A stretch of 64,000 bases of DNA from positions 4,934 to 68,933 of the forward strand of contig JADFZJ010000018.1 of the NCBI GenBank assembly GCA_015232555.1, written 5' to 3'. Position 1 is the stretch's first letter, and each line of letters opens with the position of its first letter. This document shows positions 1 to 8,787 of this stretch, piece after piece. This stretch comes from Desulfamplus sp. (GTDB lineage Bacteria; Desulfobacterota; Desulfobacteria; Desulfobacterales; Desulfobacteraceae). The notes under the pieces were generated by a model that worked only from the letters and a program-made list of their open reading frames with translations, was not told the DNA's origin and searched no databases. The position numbers were made by a program, and so were the translations under genes.

Positions 1-530
1 TGCCTATGATCAACTACTAAATCAGTCCATTTCGATAATTCACCTGTTTCTTGACATTTGACCCGTCCTCTGACTGAATATTTATCAAAATATTCTTGTT
101 TAACGGATCTAATATCACTATGTAGAGAATTTCTACAGGCGATGTAGAATAAATTTTCAGGATTATATTCCCTCTTATTAATCATCATTAAGTATGAAAT
201 ATATTGACTGGTATTATCGGTGTAAAAAACTTCAAAGCATTTAGTATTAAACTGCACCTTTGCCACTTTGATGTCTTCAATTTCTAATCCATCTTCATCA
301 ACTTCCTCATTATCGTCATAGTAGATTTCCTCTTCAATATTTTGTTCTGAATTCTCATTTTCTGCCAGATCGCTACAATATGCATAATTAAGTAAATCAA
401 TAAGGTCATCAAAGTCAGAGTCATTCAAAGATTGTCCAAAATCATAAGCATTAAGAATGGCTCTGTAATGAGCAATTGCATCTTTTTTAAACTTGAATTC
501 TTTTTGTCCTATTCTAAATGTTTTTTTCAT
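1..530 (-). CDS. DCL/DUF3223-like protein, 3' end runs off the window; possible HNH-like motif begins at the edge
   Basis: Translated by hand; absent from the ORF track because it is open at the edge. ATG at 530: MKKTFRIGQKEFKFKKDAIAHYRAILNAYDFGQSLNDSDFDDLIDLL...KCFEVFYTDNTSQYISY...FYIACRNSLHSDIRSVKQEYFDKYSVRGRVKCQETGELSKWTDLVVDHR. There is no stop in 176 codons. Family assignment is from recalled resemblance to bacterial DCL-family proteins. Confidence 0.6.
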   Translation of the reverse strand, partial: MKKTFRIGQKEFKFKKDAIAHYRAILNAYDFGQSLNDSDFDDLIDLLNYAYCSDLAENENSEQNIEEEIYYDDNEEVDEDGLEIEDIKVAKVQFNTKCFEVFYTDNTSQYISYLMMINKREYNPENLFYIACRNSLHSDIRSVKQEYFDKYSVRGRVKCQETGELSKWTDLVVDHR

Positions 531-600
531 TTGATAGTCTACTGGTTGCCGAACATAATAATATTGTTATAATTGAAGCATTCTTGTTTAAAAATGGTCA

Positions 601-1473
601 TTAAGCATCAAGAAAACCGGTTAAAGGAGAAGATGCAGTTGCAAATTTTTGGCTCACTGCCTGACCCGCAAGAAATGCCCTTCTACCAGCAGATACAGCC
701 TCTGCAAATGCTTTTGCCATCATTATAGGGTTGTCTGATGTTGCAATTGCTGTATTGACAAGGCAGGCATCAGCACCAGATTCCATTGCTATACATGCGT
801 GAGAAGGCTTTCCAATACCAGCATCGACAATAACTGGAATGTTGATCTCTTCAATCAAAATACGGATCATCTCCTCTGTCTTTAGACCTTTGTTTGTTCC
901 TATGGGTGCACCAAGAGGCATTACAGCAGCAGCACCAGCACTTACCAAATCTCGTGCAACATAAAGGTCTGGATTTATATATGGAAACACCTTAAACCCC
1001 TCTTTTGCCAAAATCTCAGTTGCCTTTACAGTTTCATAACCATTTGGCAGAAGATATCTATTATCTGTAATAACCTCTATCTTTATCCAGTTGCCGCACC
1101 CCGCAGCCTTTGCAAGTCTTGCTATCCTTACAGCCTCGTCCGCTGTTCTTGCTCCTGATGTGTTGGGCATCAACTGCATATAAGATGGTATATGCTGCAT
1201 AACATTGTCAGTTTTTGAATTAAAATCAACCCTTCTTAGAGCAACTGTGATAACGCCTGCACCAGAACTTTTGCACACATCAGGAATAACTGCATCAGAA
1301 GCGTATTTGCCCGTACCTATGAAAAGACGGCTTTTAAGCTCTTTTCCTCCAACCTTAAATATATCTTTATCTAAACTGCTGTTATGTACGATGCCTCTAT
1401 CTAAAACATTTTCATTGCTATTTAAAGTCTGTTCATTGTTATTAATATTTTCCAACTTATCCACCTCCGACAA
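601..1473 (-). CDS. thiG: thiazole synthase ThiG
   Basis: Motifs [71 protein letters not shown]. True start may be GTG at 1464, coupled to the thiS stop. Confidence 0.97.
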   Translation of the reverse strand: MSEVDKLENINNNEQTLNSNENVLDRGIVHNSSLDKDIFKVGGKELKSRLFIGTGKYASDAVIPDVCKSSGAGVITVALRRVDFNSKTDNVMQHIPSYMQLMPNTSGARTADEAVRIARLAKAAGCGNWIKIEVITDNRYLLPNGYETVKATEILAKEGFKVFPYINPDLYVARDLVSAGAAAVMPLGAPIGTNKGLKTEEMIRILIEEINIPVIVDAGIGKPSHACIAMESGADACLVNTAIATSDNPIMMAKAFAEAVSAGRRAFLAGQAVSQKFATASSPLTGFLDA

Positions 1474-1660
1474 ATCTTAATATTTCAAGAATATCTTTAT
1501 CTTTAATAAAAGCTGTCTCATAATTTTCACGCAGAATAATCTCTCTGTTCAGCTCAACAACAACTGTATTGGAATTTATGCCTTTAGATGATAAAAATGA
1601 GCTTATATATACAGGCTCATCACTTAAAGAGACGCTTTCGCCGTTTACTGTTATTACCAT
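1457..1660 (-). CDS. thiS: sulfur carrier protein ThiS
   Basis: 67 aa, ITVNGE...[10 protein letters not shown]...[10 protein letters not shown]-terminus; directly upstream of thiG. Confidence 0.96.
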   Translation of the reverse strand: MVITVNGESVSLSDEPVYISSFLSSKGINSNTVVVELNREIILRENYETAFIKDKDILEILRFVGGG

Positions 1661-1758
1661 TTTGCTCCTTATATGTTTTTATTTTTGTTATTTTTGTTTT
1701 TCTTCTTTTTTTGTTGTTATTGATTTATTGATTTTTGTTCTTTTTTTGCTGGTCTTGA

Positions 1759-1810
1759 TTATGCAGGAATTTCAATCAACAATAATTACAGCAAAGCTGA
1801 TTATATTCTA
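1759..1810 (+). repeat. dispersed ~55-bp repeat, copy 1
   Basis: TTATGCAGGAATTTCAATCAACAATAATTACAGCAAAGCTGATTATATTCTA matches the copies at 12502, 18728, 51661, 52981, 53032 and 53432. Confidence 0.85.
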
Positions 1811-1813
1811 AAC

Positions 1814-1843
1814 AAAAAAAGCCACCCTAAAAGGGCAGCTTTT
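1814..1843 (-). terminator. intrinsic terminator of the TPP riboswitch expression platform
   Basis: Minus strand AAGCTGCCCT-TTT-AGGGTGGCTT followed by a U-run, between the aptamer and thiS. Confidence 0.8.
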
Positions 1844-1884
1844 AACGTCAAACAGTATAAAATCAGAACATCATAAAGTTTAAC

Positions 1885-1972
1885 TCATCGCTTCCCTACG
1901 GCAGTATTAACTGCATCAGGTTCAAAGGGTCTGATACGAATCATCTCAGCCTTAAAAACGGCTCCCCCGCAT
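1885..1972 (-). promoter_or_regulatory. TPP riboswitch (THI element)
   Basis: Minus strand GGGGAGCC...GGCTGAGA...GACCCTTTGAACCTGATGCAGTTAATACTGCCGTAGGGAAGC has the canonical CTGAGA, ACCTGAT and GTAGGGAAG motifs upstream of thiSG. Confidence 0.95.
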
Positions 1973-2067
1973 AAATCTATTTTAATATAGATAGGTTATA
2001 AAACTTCTACTGTCAACAATTCATTTGAGTATTATACAACTTCCCTGAAATCATAGAATAATAGCGG

Positions 2068-3162
2068 TTAGATGGCAAGATCCAACTGCTGAATTGTACC
2101 TGCCTTTCCGTTTTCCTCAAGATAGATGCCTGTCCTTCGTATCTGACCAAGAGTATTTTGACTTTGCTGCTGTTTGATTGTAAACTCTGTCTCAGTGCTT
2201 GTAACGGCAATTGCTCCAACACCGCTCTCTTTAAGGCTTTTTAACTGTGCATTTTCTGGTGTATCTCCTGACCAGAGCGACAGCTTTTCAAAGGCAGCAT
2301 CATTTTCATCAATCCATCCGTTTTTATCATCATCAAGCTGTGCAAGCTCTTGAAATCCATTGTTTGAAGCTGGACCAAACATCTCTTTTCCGTTATTTAC
2401 TACTCCGTCTTGATTTTTATCAAAAACAAGAAAACCGCTTCCTGATGATAGCCATGGAATCTCCTCCTCTTTTCCGTCAGAATTAAGATCAAATTTGAAT
2501 TTTACATCAGTCAGTTCTGCTGGTTGACCGCTGAAATTGACAACAAGAGGGTCTATAAGGCTGCTATCTCCCACTATTTGCGATCTGTTTTCTGAATAAA
2601 ATTCACGTTTCATATCAAGGTGCAGTTTGAAATTGATAGATTCTCCGCTCTCTGTTTTAACATTTCCCAAAGCATTAAACTGAGTGGCTTCTGACTCGTA
2701 ATGAGAATTGAATTCTGTTATTCTCACCCGTCTTGGTGCTGATGCAATTGGCTGGCTGCTTTGAGCATTACTATTTAAAGAGTTGTTTGGTATTGAGTCT
2801 GAAGATGATAATAATGTTAAAGATGATAGACTGGATGAAGAAGCCGTTGATGTTCTATCTGTCTGAAATCCTGAAATATCAGTCAATTTAATTTTTTTTC
2901 CCATCATAGCGTCAAGCATTCTCTTCATAGCAGCAAGTTTTGGGTCAGTCGGTGTCTCATCCTCTGGAGAGGCAGGAGGCACATCTGTTTTGGCAGAAAA
3001 AAGTCTTGGAGTAATGTTTATTTTATTTCGTATGGGTGATGATAGTTTAGGTGAAGCTCTATTTCCATGCTCTTCTAATATTTCAACCTCCCTTGTTGAA
3101 ACATGGTTCTCTTCATATTTTCTCTCTGCATTAAAAGATATCTGTGAGGATGCTATTTTCAT
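2068..3162 (-). CDS. conserved hypothetical protein with C-terminal DxDxDG (EF-hand/VCBS-like) repeats
   Basis: 364 aa with DPLVVNF, FDLNSDGKEE, GSGFLVFDKNQDGVVNNGKEMFG and LDDDKNGWIDENDAAF; preceded by a sigma28-type promoter. Confidence 0.75.
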   Translation of the reverse strand: MKIASSQISFNAERKYEENHVSTREVEILEEHGNRASPKLSSPIRNKINITPRLFSAKTDVPPASPEDETPTDPKLAAMKRMLDAMMGKKIKLTDISGFQTDRTSTASSSSLSSLTLLSSSDSIPNNSLNSNAQSSQPIASAPRRVRITEFNSHYESEATQFNALGNVKTESGESINFKLHLDMKREFYSENRSQIVGDSSLIDPLVVNFSGQPAELTDVKFKFDLNSDGKEEEIPWLSSGSGFLVFDKNQDGVVNNGKEMFGPASNNGFQELAQLDDDKNGWIDENDAAFEKLSLWSGDTPENAQLKSLKESGVGAIAVTSTETEFTIKQQQSQNTLGQIRRTGIYLEENGKAGTIQQLDLAI

Positions 3163-3218
3163 CTTTTCCTCCTTTTTCTATGTCGCTTAGATTATCTATA
3201 TTCTCCATCATTTAAATA

Positions 3219-3245
3219 CTATCGGCACAATCTTATTTCAGTTTA
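3219..3245 (-). promoter_or_regulatory. sigma28 (FliA)-type promoter
   Basis: Minus strand TAAA-CTGAAATAAGATTGT(15 nt)-GCCGATAG, against the consensus TAAA-N15-GCCGATAA; 57 nt upstream of the ATG at 3162. Confidence 0.8.
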
Positions 3246-3343
3246 AAAAAACTTGGCTCTTATAGGATTTAGTGGTTTTGATATGGTAAGAGAATATTTC
3301 ATAATGCCATAAAACGTGGCAAAACCCTGATTCACTACCTGAT

Positions 3344-3497
3344 TGAGTTGCTTGTAAAATAAGACCATGAAACACAATAAGAGCCAACCACAAAATATCG
3401 AATTGACAACGCCATGAGTTGCATTACTTTTGAGTTAGATATAAAAAAACTCATATTAAAGCAAATATGCAACTCATATTAAAAAATATTCAACTCA
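3344..3497 (+). promoter_or_regulatory. clpB sigma70 promoter with six TGAGTT/AACTCA half-sites
   Basis: TTGACA at 3403-3408 and TACTTT at 3425-3430. TGAGTT at 3344, 3415, 3431 and AACTCA at 3448, 3471, 3492. Perfect inverted repeat ATGAGTTGCAT (3414-3424) / ATGCAACTCAT (3467-3477). Confidence 0.55.
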
Positions 3498-3510
3498 TGG
3501 AGGAATAAAT

Positions 3511-6195
3511 ATGCAATTCGATAAATTCACAATAAAATCACAGCAAACTATTCAGGCTGCCCAATCAATTGCCTTGAGAAAAAATCATCAGTCAATTGAG
3601 CCTGTCCATATTTTAAAAGCAATGATGGAGGATAAAGATGGGTTTATACCTTCTATCATTAAAAGAGCTTGTGGAATTACAACAGATAGCCAAGTTACAG
3701 AGCAGTTACTCAAAACGATTGAGCGTGCCTTAGATAAATTAGTGCAGGTTACTGGTTCTGCAAGTGATATCTATCTTTCAAAGGATACGAAACGCGTTCT
3801 TGACAGAGCTTTTGTTGAAGCTCAGGAGATGAAAGATCAGTATGTCAGCCTTGAACATATCCTTCTTGCATTAATTCATGTGTCAGGACCTCATCAGGAG
3901 CTATTTAAAGGAGTCGGACGTGATGGTCTGAGCGAAAAAAAAAGTGGTCTCACAAGAGATATGGTTCTATCAGCACTTAAAGATATCCGCGGCAATCAGA
4001 CCATTACAGACCAAAATCCAGAAGAGAAATATCAGGCACTTGAACGATTTGGCAGAAACCTTACTGAACTTGCAAGTGCAGGTAAACTTGACCCTGTTAT
4101 TGGAAGAGATGAAGAGGTTCGGCGAATTGTTCAGGTTCTCTCGCGAAGACGCAAAAACAATCCCGTTCTAATCGGCGAACCCGGAGTTGGAAAAACAGCA
4201 ATTGTTGAAGGGCTTGCCCAAAGAATTGTAGCAGGCGATGTATCAGAGAGTCTTAAAAACAGAAAAGTTATAGCCCTTGATATGGGTGCTCTTGTTGCTG
4301 GTGCAAAATATAGAGGAGAATTTGAGGAGCGTTTAAAAGCAGTTCTCAAAGAGGTTGAGGCTTCACAAGGCGAAGTCGTGCTCTTTATTGACGAGCTTCA
4401 CACAGTTGTAGGTGCTGGAGCTGCTGAAGGTTCAATGGATGCCTCTAATATGCTCAAGCCCGCTTTAGCCCGTGGAACTTTAAGATGCGTGGGTGCAACA
4501 ACCCTTGATGAGTATCGTAAATATATTGAAAAAGATGCAGCTCTTGAGCGTAGATTCCAGCCTGTATTTGCTGCAGAGCCTTCAGTTGAGGCGACAATCT
4601 CAATTTTAAGAGGTCTTAAAGAGAAATATGAGGTTCATCACGGCGTTAGAATAAAAGACTCTGCAATTGTTGCGGCTGCCACTCTATCGCAGCGGTATAT
4701 TGCAGACAGATTTCTTCCAGATAAGGCAATTGATCTTATTGATGAGGCTGCATCTCGCCTTAGAATTGAGATTGACAGTATGCCGCTTGTGATTGACGAA
4801 GTTCAAAGACGAATGGTTCAAGCTGAGATTGAGCGTCAGGCACTAACAAAAGAGAAAGACTCTGCATCAATGGAGAGGCTTGCCAAGTTGGAGAAAAAGA
4901 TTGAACAGATGAAAGCAGACATTGAGCCGATGCGGCAGCATTGGGAGAGTGAAAAAAGGCTTATTCAGGAGATAACCACAATCAGAGAAAAGATTGATCA
5001 GGCACAGACGGAGGCAAAGATTGCAGAACGTGAAGGAGATTTGGCTAAGGTTGCTCAAATTAAGTACGGTACAATCGAAGATTTGCAGCGGCAGATTAAC
5101 GCAAGAAAATCAGAGCTTGACAAACTTCAGCAAGATAAAAGAATGCTCAAAGAAGATGTTGAAGACTCTGATATTGCTGATGTTGTCTCAGCATGGACAG
5201 GTATTCCAGTATCTCGAATGCTAAAAGGCGAGCAGGAAAAACTTGTTCAGATGGAGTCTCATATCCAAAAACGGGTTATTGGTCAACGAAAGGCAATTGA
5301 TGCTGTAGCAAATGCGGTTAGAAGGGCACGTTCAGGGTTGCAGTCAGCAGATAGACCGATTGGAACATTTATGTTTATGGGTCCAACTGGAGTTGGAAAG
5401 ACCGAGCTTGCCAAAGCACTTGCTGAGTTTATCTTTGATACTGAACAGGCAATGGTTCGTATTGATATGTCTGAGTATATGGAGAAACATTCAGTAGCCC
5501 GCCTTATTGGTGCTCCTCCTGGTTATGTAGGATATGAAGAGGGCGGAGCATTGACAGAGGCTGTCAGACGCAGACCTTACGCTGTTCTTCTGTTTGATGA
5601 GATTGAAAAGGCTCACCCTGATGTTTTCAATATTTTGCTTCAGGTGCTTGATGACGGCAGAATGACAGACGGGCACGGCAGGACAGTTGATTTTACCAAC
5701 ACCATAATTATTATGACCTCAAATGTTGGAAGTCAGTTTATACAAGATTCTGGGATATTTATGAGTAATGCCGACAAACTTTCCAAAAAATCAGATTTAT
5801 CAGACATTAAACTTTTTAACAAAAGTATGTCTGAAGTTCTTAAAGCATCATTCAAGCCTGAATTTTTAAACAGAATTGATGAGATAATAACCTTCCAAAA
5901 TCTTTCACAAGAAGATATTAAAGCAATTGCTAAGATTCAGATTAAGGCTTTGAACAAGCGTCTTGCACAGAGAAAAATTGAGGTTAAGCTCTCAGATAGT
6001 GCAATGGAGTTTATTGCAGATAAAGGATACGATCCAGCTTTTGGTGCAAGACCTTTAAAAAGAGTTATTCAGCAGTATATGGAAAATCCGCTTGCAATGG
6101 CTCTCTTAAAAGGCGACTTTAAAGATGGCGATACTATCAATTTTGAAGCAGATATGGATAAGACAGGTGAAGAGAGGCTTAAAATGGTAAAGTAA
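3511..6195 (+). CDS. clpB: chaperone ClpB
   Basis: Two AAA+ modules ([16 protein letters not shown]), coiled-coil middle domain, [26 protein letters not shown] and GARPLKR. Confidence 0.97.
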   Translation: MQFDKFTIKSQQTIQAAQSIALRKNHQSIEPVHILKAMMEDKDGFIPSIIKRACGITTDSQVTEQLLKTIERALDKLVQVTGSASDIYLSKDTKRVLDRAFVEAQEMKDQYVSLEHILLALIHVSGPHQELFKGVGRDGLSEKKSGLTRDMVLSALKDIRGNQTITDQNPEEKYQALERFGRNLTELASAGKLDPVIGRDEEVRRIVQVLSRRRKNNPVLIGEPGVGKTAIVEGLAQRIVAGDVSESLKNRKVIALDMGALVAGAKYRGEFEERLKAVLKEVEASQGEVVLFIDELHTVVGAGAAEGSMDASNMLKPALARGTLRCVGATTLDEYRKYIEKDAALERRFQPVFAAEPSVEATISILRGLKEKYEVHHGVRIKDSAIVAAATLSQRYIADRFLPDKAIDLIDEAASRLRIEIDSMPLVIDEVQRRMVQAEIERQALTKEKDSASMERLAKLEKKIEQMKADIEPMRQHWESEKRLIQEITTIREKIDQAQTEAKIAEREGDLAKVAQIKYGTIEDLQRQINARKSELDKLQQDKRMLKEDVEDSDIADVVSAWTGIPVSRMLKGEQEKLVQMESHIQKRVIGQRKAIDAVANAVRRARSGLQSADRPIGTFMFMGPTGVGKTELAKALAEFIFDTEQAMVRIDMSEYMEKHSVARLIGAPPGYVGYEEGGALTEAVRRRPYAVLLFDEIEKAHPDVFNILLQVLDDGRMTDGHGRTVDFTNTIIIMTSNVGSQFIQDSGIFMSNADKLSKKSDLSDIKLFNKSMSEVLKASFKPEFLNRIDEIITFQNLSQEDIKAIAKIQIKALNKRLAQRKIEVKLSDSAMEFIADKGYDPAFGARPLKRVIQQYMENPLAMALLKGDFKDGDTINFEADMDKTGEERLKMVK

Positions 6196-6202
6196 TTTAT
6201 AG

Positions 6203-6234
6203 ACAACCTCACCTAATAAAAAGGTGAGGTGTTT
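6203..6234 (+). terminator. probable clpB terminator
   Basis: ACCTCACCT-AATAAAA-AGGTGAGGT followed by GTTT, 8 nt after the stop. Confidence 0.65.
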
Positions 6235-6459
6235 ATATTGCACCCGCTGACTCTCATAATTCAATAAAAGTGTAACTATTTGATAAATGTTGTAGATCAA
6301 AATAGTATTGTTCAGAATCAGCTTGAGTTCACATATATCCTCAATGATTCATGCTATTCATACGTAGAGAATATAGTTTTTGTTAAAAATGATATGAAAA
6401 AAGAGTTTGTAAAAATCACCAACCCGCATAAATGAATTTATATATAACTGTATAGAACT

Positions 6460-6495
6460 AAAAAAGCCCTTGAGGTTGATTTCTCAAGGGCTTTT
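6460..6495 (-). terminator. terminator downstream of tRNA-Ala
   Basis: AAAAGCCCTTGAG...CTCAAGGGCTTTT inverted repeat with A/T tails. Confidence 0.75.
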
Positions 6496-6526
6496 AGACT
6501 TATATGGAATGTAGTGAAACTGTTTT

Positions 6527-6602
6527 TGGTGGAGCTAAGGGGGATCGAACCCCTGACCTCATGGCTGCCAGCCATGCACTCTCCCAGCTGAGCTACAGCC
6601 CC
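6527..6602 (-). tRNA. tRNA-Ala(GGC)
   Basis: GGGGCTGTAGCTCAGCTGGGAGAGTGCATGGCTGGCAGCCATGAGGTCAGGGGTTCGATCCCCCTTAGCTCCACCA; anticodon arm CATGG-CTGGCAG-CCATG, G3:U70 pair, encoded CCA. Confidence 0.97.
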
Positions 6603-6805
6603 ACAAAAAAAGTAGAACTTAGATAAACGATTATATTTTTTGTGTCAATGAAAAAAAATTTTTCTTTAAAAATAAATATTATAATAATATCCATTGACAC
6701 AAGGATTTATAAAAAGATAAAAGTTCAGTTTTATAAATATATTTTTTGAAATAAGTTATTGTATAAATAAGATGTTAATTATTTAAAGATAGAGTTAAGG
6801 AGATT

Positions 6806-8773
6806 TTGATGCTCAGGTTTATGCGTGAAAATACAGGGTCGTGGATTATTAAGATTATTCTTGGTCTTATTATTGTTGTGTTTATATTCCTTGGCATGGG
6901 CTCATTGGGAGACAACCGTGCAGATCAGGCTGCCATGATCAATGACATCCCAATCACCATTGATGAATACAACCGTTCATATCAAAATACGATTGAGCAG
7001 ATGAGGCAGCGATTTGGAAACAGCTTAAATGACGAACTGCTTAAGATGCTCAAAGTAAAAGAACAAGCTATGGATAGACTTATTGAAGATCGTCTTATTG
7101 CGGACGAGGCAGATAAGCTTGATATAAAGGTTTCTGATAAAGAACTTCAGGATTCACTGGTTTCTATTCCTGCATTTCAAAAGGATGGTGTATTTGATAT
7201 TCAAACCTATCGGATGGTGCTTACAGCCAACAGATTAGTACCCGCAACTTTTGAAGCCATGCAGCGTCAGACACTTCGGCAGTCTAAGTTTACAGATTTG
7301 GTATTAGGCGGCGTTAAAGTCTCTGACCTTGAAGCCCGAGAATGGTATATTCAAAACAACAGCGAAGTAGCTGTAGATTATGTTAAGTTTGATCCATCAT
7401 CATACACAGTTGCCCTCGATGATACTAAAATCAAGGAGTATTACGAGAAAAACAAAGATAATTACAAATCTGAACCTCAACTTAAGGTTCAGTATATTGG
7501 ATTCATGCCGGATGTTTATAAGGCAAAGGCAAGCGTGACACCAGAGAGTATAAAATCATACTATACTTCTAATCCTGATGAGTTCACTACACCTGAACAG
7601 GTGGAAGCCAGCCATATTCTAATTAAAGTGGATGAAACAGCACAACCAGAGGTAGTGGAGTCAGCCAAAAAAGAGGCTGATGATATATATAAAAAAGCTG
7701 CTGCTGGTGAAGATTTTGCACAGCTTGCTAAAATGTACTCTCAGGATCCATCAGCACAAGAGAACAACGGCTATCTTGGAAAATTTGCAAGGAACAGAAT
7801 GGTAAAGCCTTTTGAGGAGAAAGCATTTTCCATGAAAGCAGGCGAAATTAGCGAACCTGTAAAGACTCAATTCGGCTGGCACATAATACAGGTAAAATCA
7901 AAAACAGAGGCATCAAAGAAAACTCTTGCAGAGGCAACCCCACAGATAAAAGAGAAATTGTTAGCTGATGAGAGCAGAAATCTTGCATATAATGCAGCAG
8001 GTGAGTCATTTGATGCTGTTGTTGACGGAGACTCTCTTGAGCAAGCGGCTATTATTACAGGTAACAAGGTTATTGAGGTCGGTCCATTTACCATGAAAGG
8101 ACCAGATAAACTCCCCGAACAAGGACAAAATACCAATACAGACAATACAAATAGAGAGTTTCCGAATGGTCCTGAATTTGCTATGAAGATATTTAAACTC
8201 CCTATCAATGAGATAAGCGATATAATTGAAGTCGGAAACGCCTATTACATTGTAAAACCAATAGAAAAAAAAGAGCCTGTGATACTATCTTTTAATGAAG
8301 CAAAGGAGAGAGTAACAGCATCTCTTAAATCTGAACTACAAATTGAAGAGACAAAAAAAGCGGCTGAAGCATTTTTGGCTTCTGTAAAAAATGGTGAGAA
8401 AAACGCTGATGCTGCTACACGATTTATCAATGCTGCTAAAGAGAAGATGTTTGATGTGAAATCCACACCCCTTTTTAAGAAGGATGGCAATATACCTGAA
8501 CTCGGTAGAGAGCCTGAAATAGCCTCTGCTGCATTCAAGCTGTCAGAAAAAAACAGATTGGTATCTGAAGTTATAAAGGCTTCTGATGGCTCTTATTATG
8601 TTATTGCCTTTAAGGAGAAAAAGATACCAGGAGAAGATATCATCACTGAAAATCTTGCATCTATGAAAAAGCAGCTTATCAGCACAAAACAGGGTGCAAT
8701 ATATAGAGCATGGATCGATCAGTTGAAGAAAAGCAGTAAAATTGAGATTAAGCCTGGCTTAATTGACGGCTAA
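6806..8773 (+). CDS. ppiD: PpiD-like periplasmic chaperone (SurA N-terminal plus parvulin PPIase domains)
   Basis: N-terminal MLRFMRENTGSWIIKIILGLII membrane anchor; parvulin motifs EQVEASHILIK, GEDFAQLAKMYSQD and PVKTQFGWHII. Confidence 0.88.
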   Translation: MMLRFMRENTGSWIIKIILGLIIVVFIFLGMGSLGDNRADQAAMINDIPITIDEYNRSYQNTIEQMRQRFGNSLNDELLKMLKVKEQAMDRLIEDRLIADEADKLDIKVSDKELQDSLVSIPAFQKDGVFDIQTYRMVLTANRLVPATFEAMQRQTLRQSKFTDLVLGGVKVSDLEAREWYIQNNSEVAVDYVKFDPSSYTVALDDTKIKEYYEKNKDNYKSEPQLKVQYIGFMPDVYKAKASVTPESIKSYYTSNPDEFTTPEQVEASHILIKVDETAQPEVVESAKKEADDIYKKAAAGEDFAQLAKMYSQDPSAQENNGYLGKFARNRMVKPFEEKAFSMKAGEISEPVKTQFGWHIIQVKSKTEASKKTLAEATPQIKEKLLADESRNLAYNAAGESFDAVVDGDSLEQAAIITGNKVIEVGPFTMKGPDKLPEQGQNTNTDNTNREFPNGPEFAMKIFKLPINEISDIIEVGNAYYIVKPIEKKEPVILSFNEAKERVTASLKSELQIEETKKAAEAFLASVKNGEKNADAATRFINAAKEKMFDVKSTPLFKKDGNIPELGREPEIASAAFKLSEKNRLVSEVIKASDGSYYVIAFKEKKIPGEDIITENLASMKKQLISTKQGAIYRAWIDQLKKSSKIEIKPGLIDG

Positions 8774-8787
8774 TTCAGGAAATTATT

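Noticed and set aside
1569-1811. 80-aa hydrophobic ORF on the + strand
   Set aside because: Antisense to thiS and its leader; its composition comes from the T-rich tract and the dispersed repeat.
6249-6277. dif-like site after clpB
   Set aside because: CATAA resembles a XerC arm, but the XerD arm (TTATGTTAAAT) is not matched.
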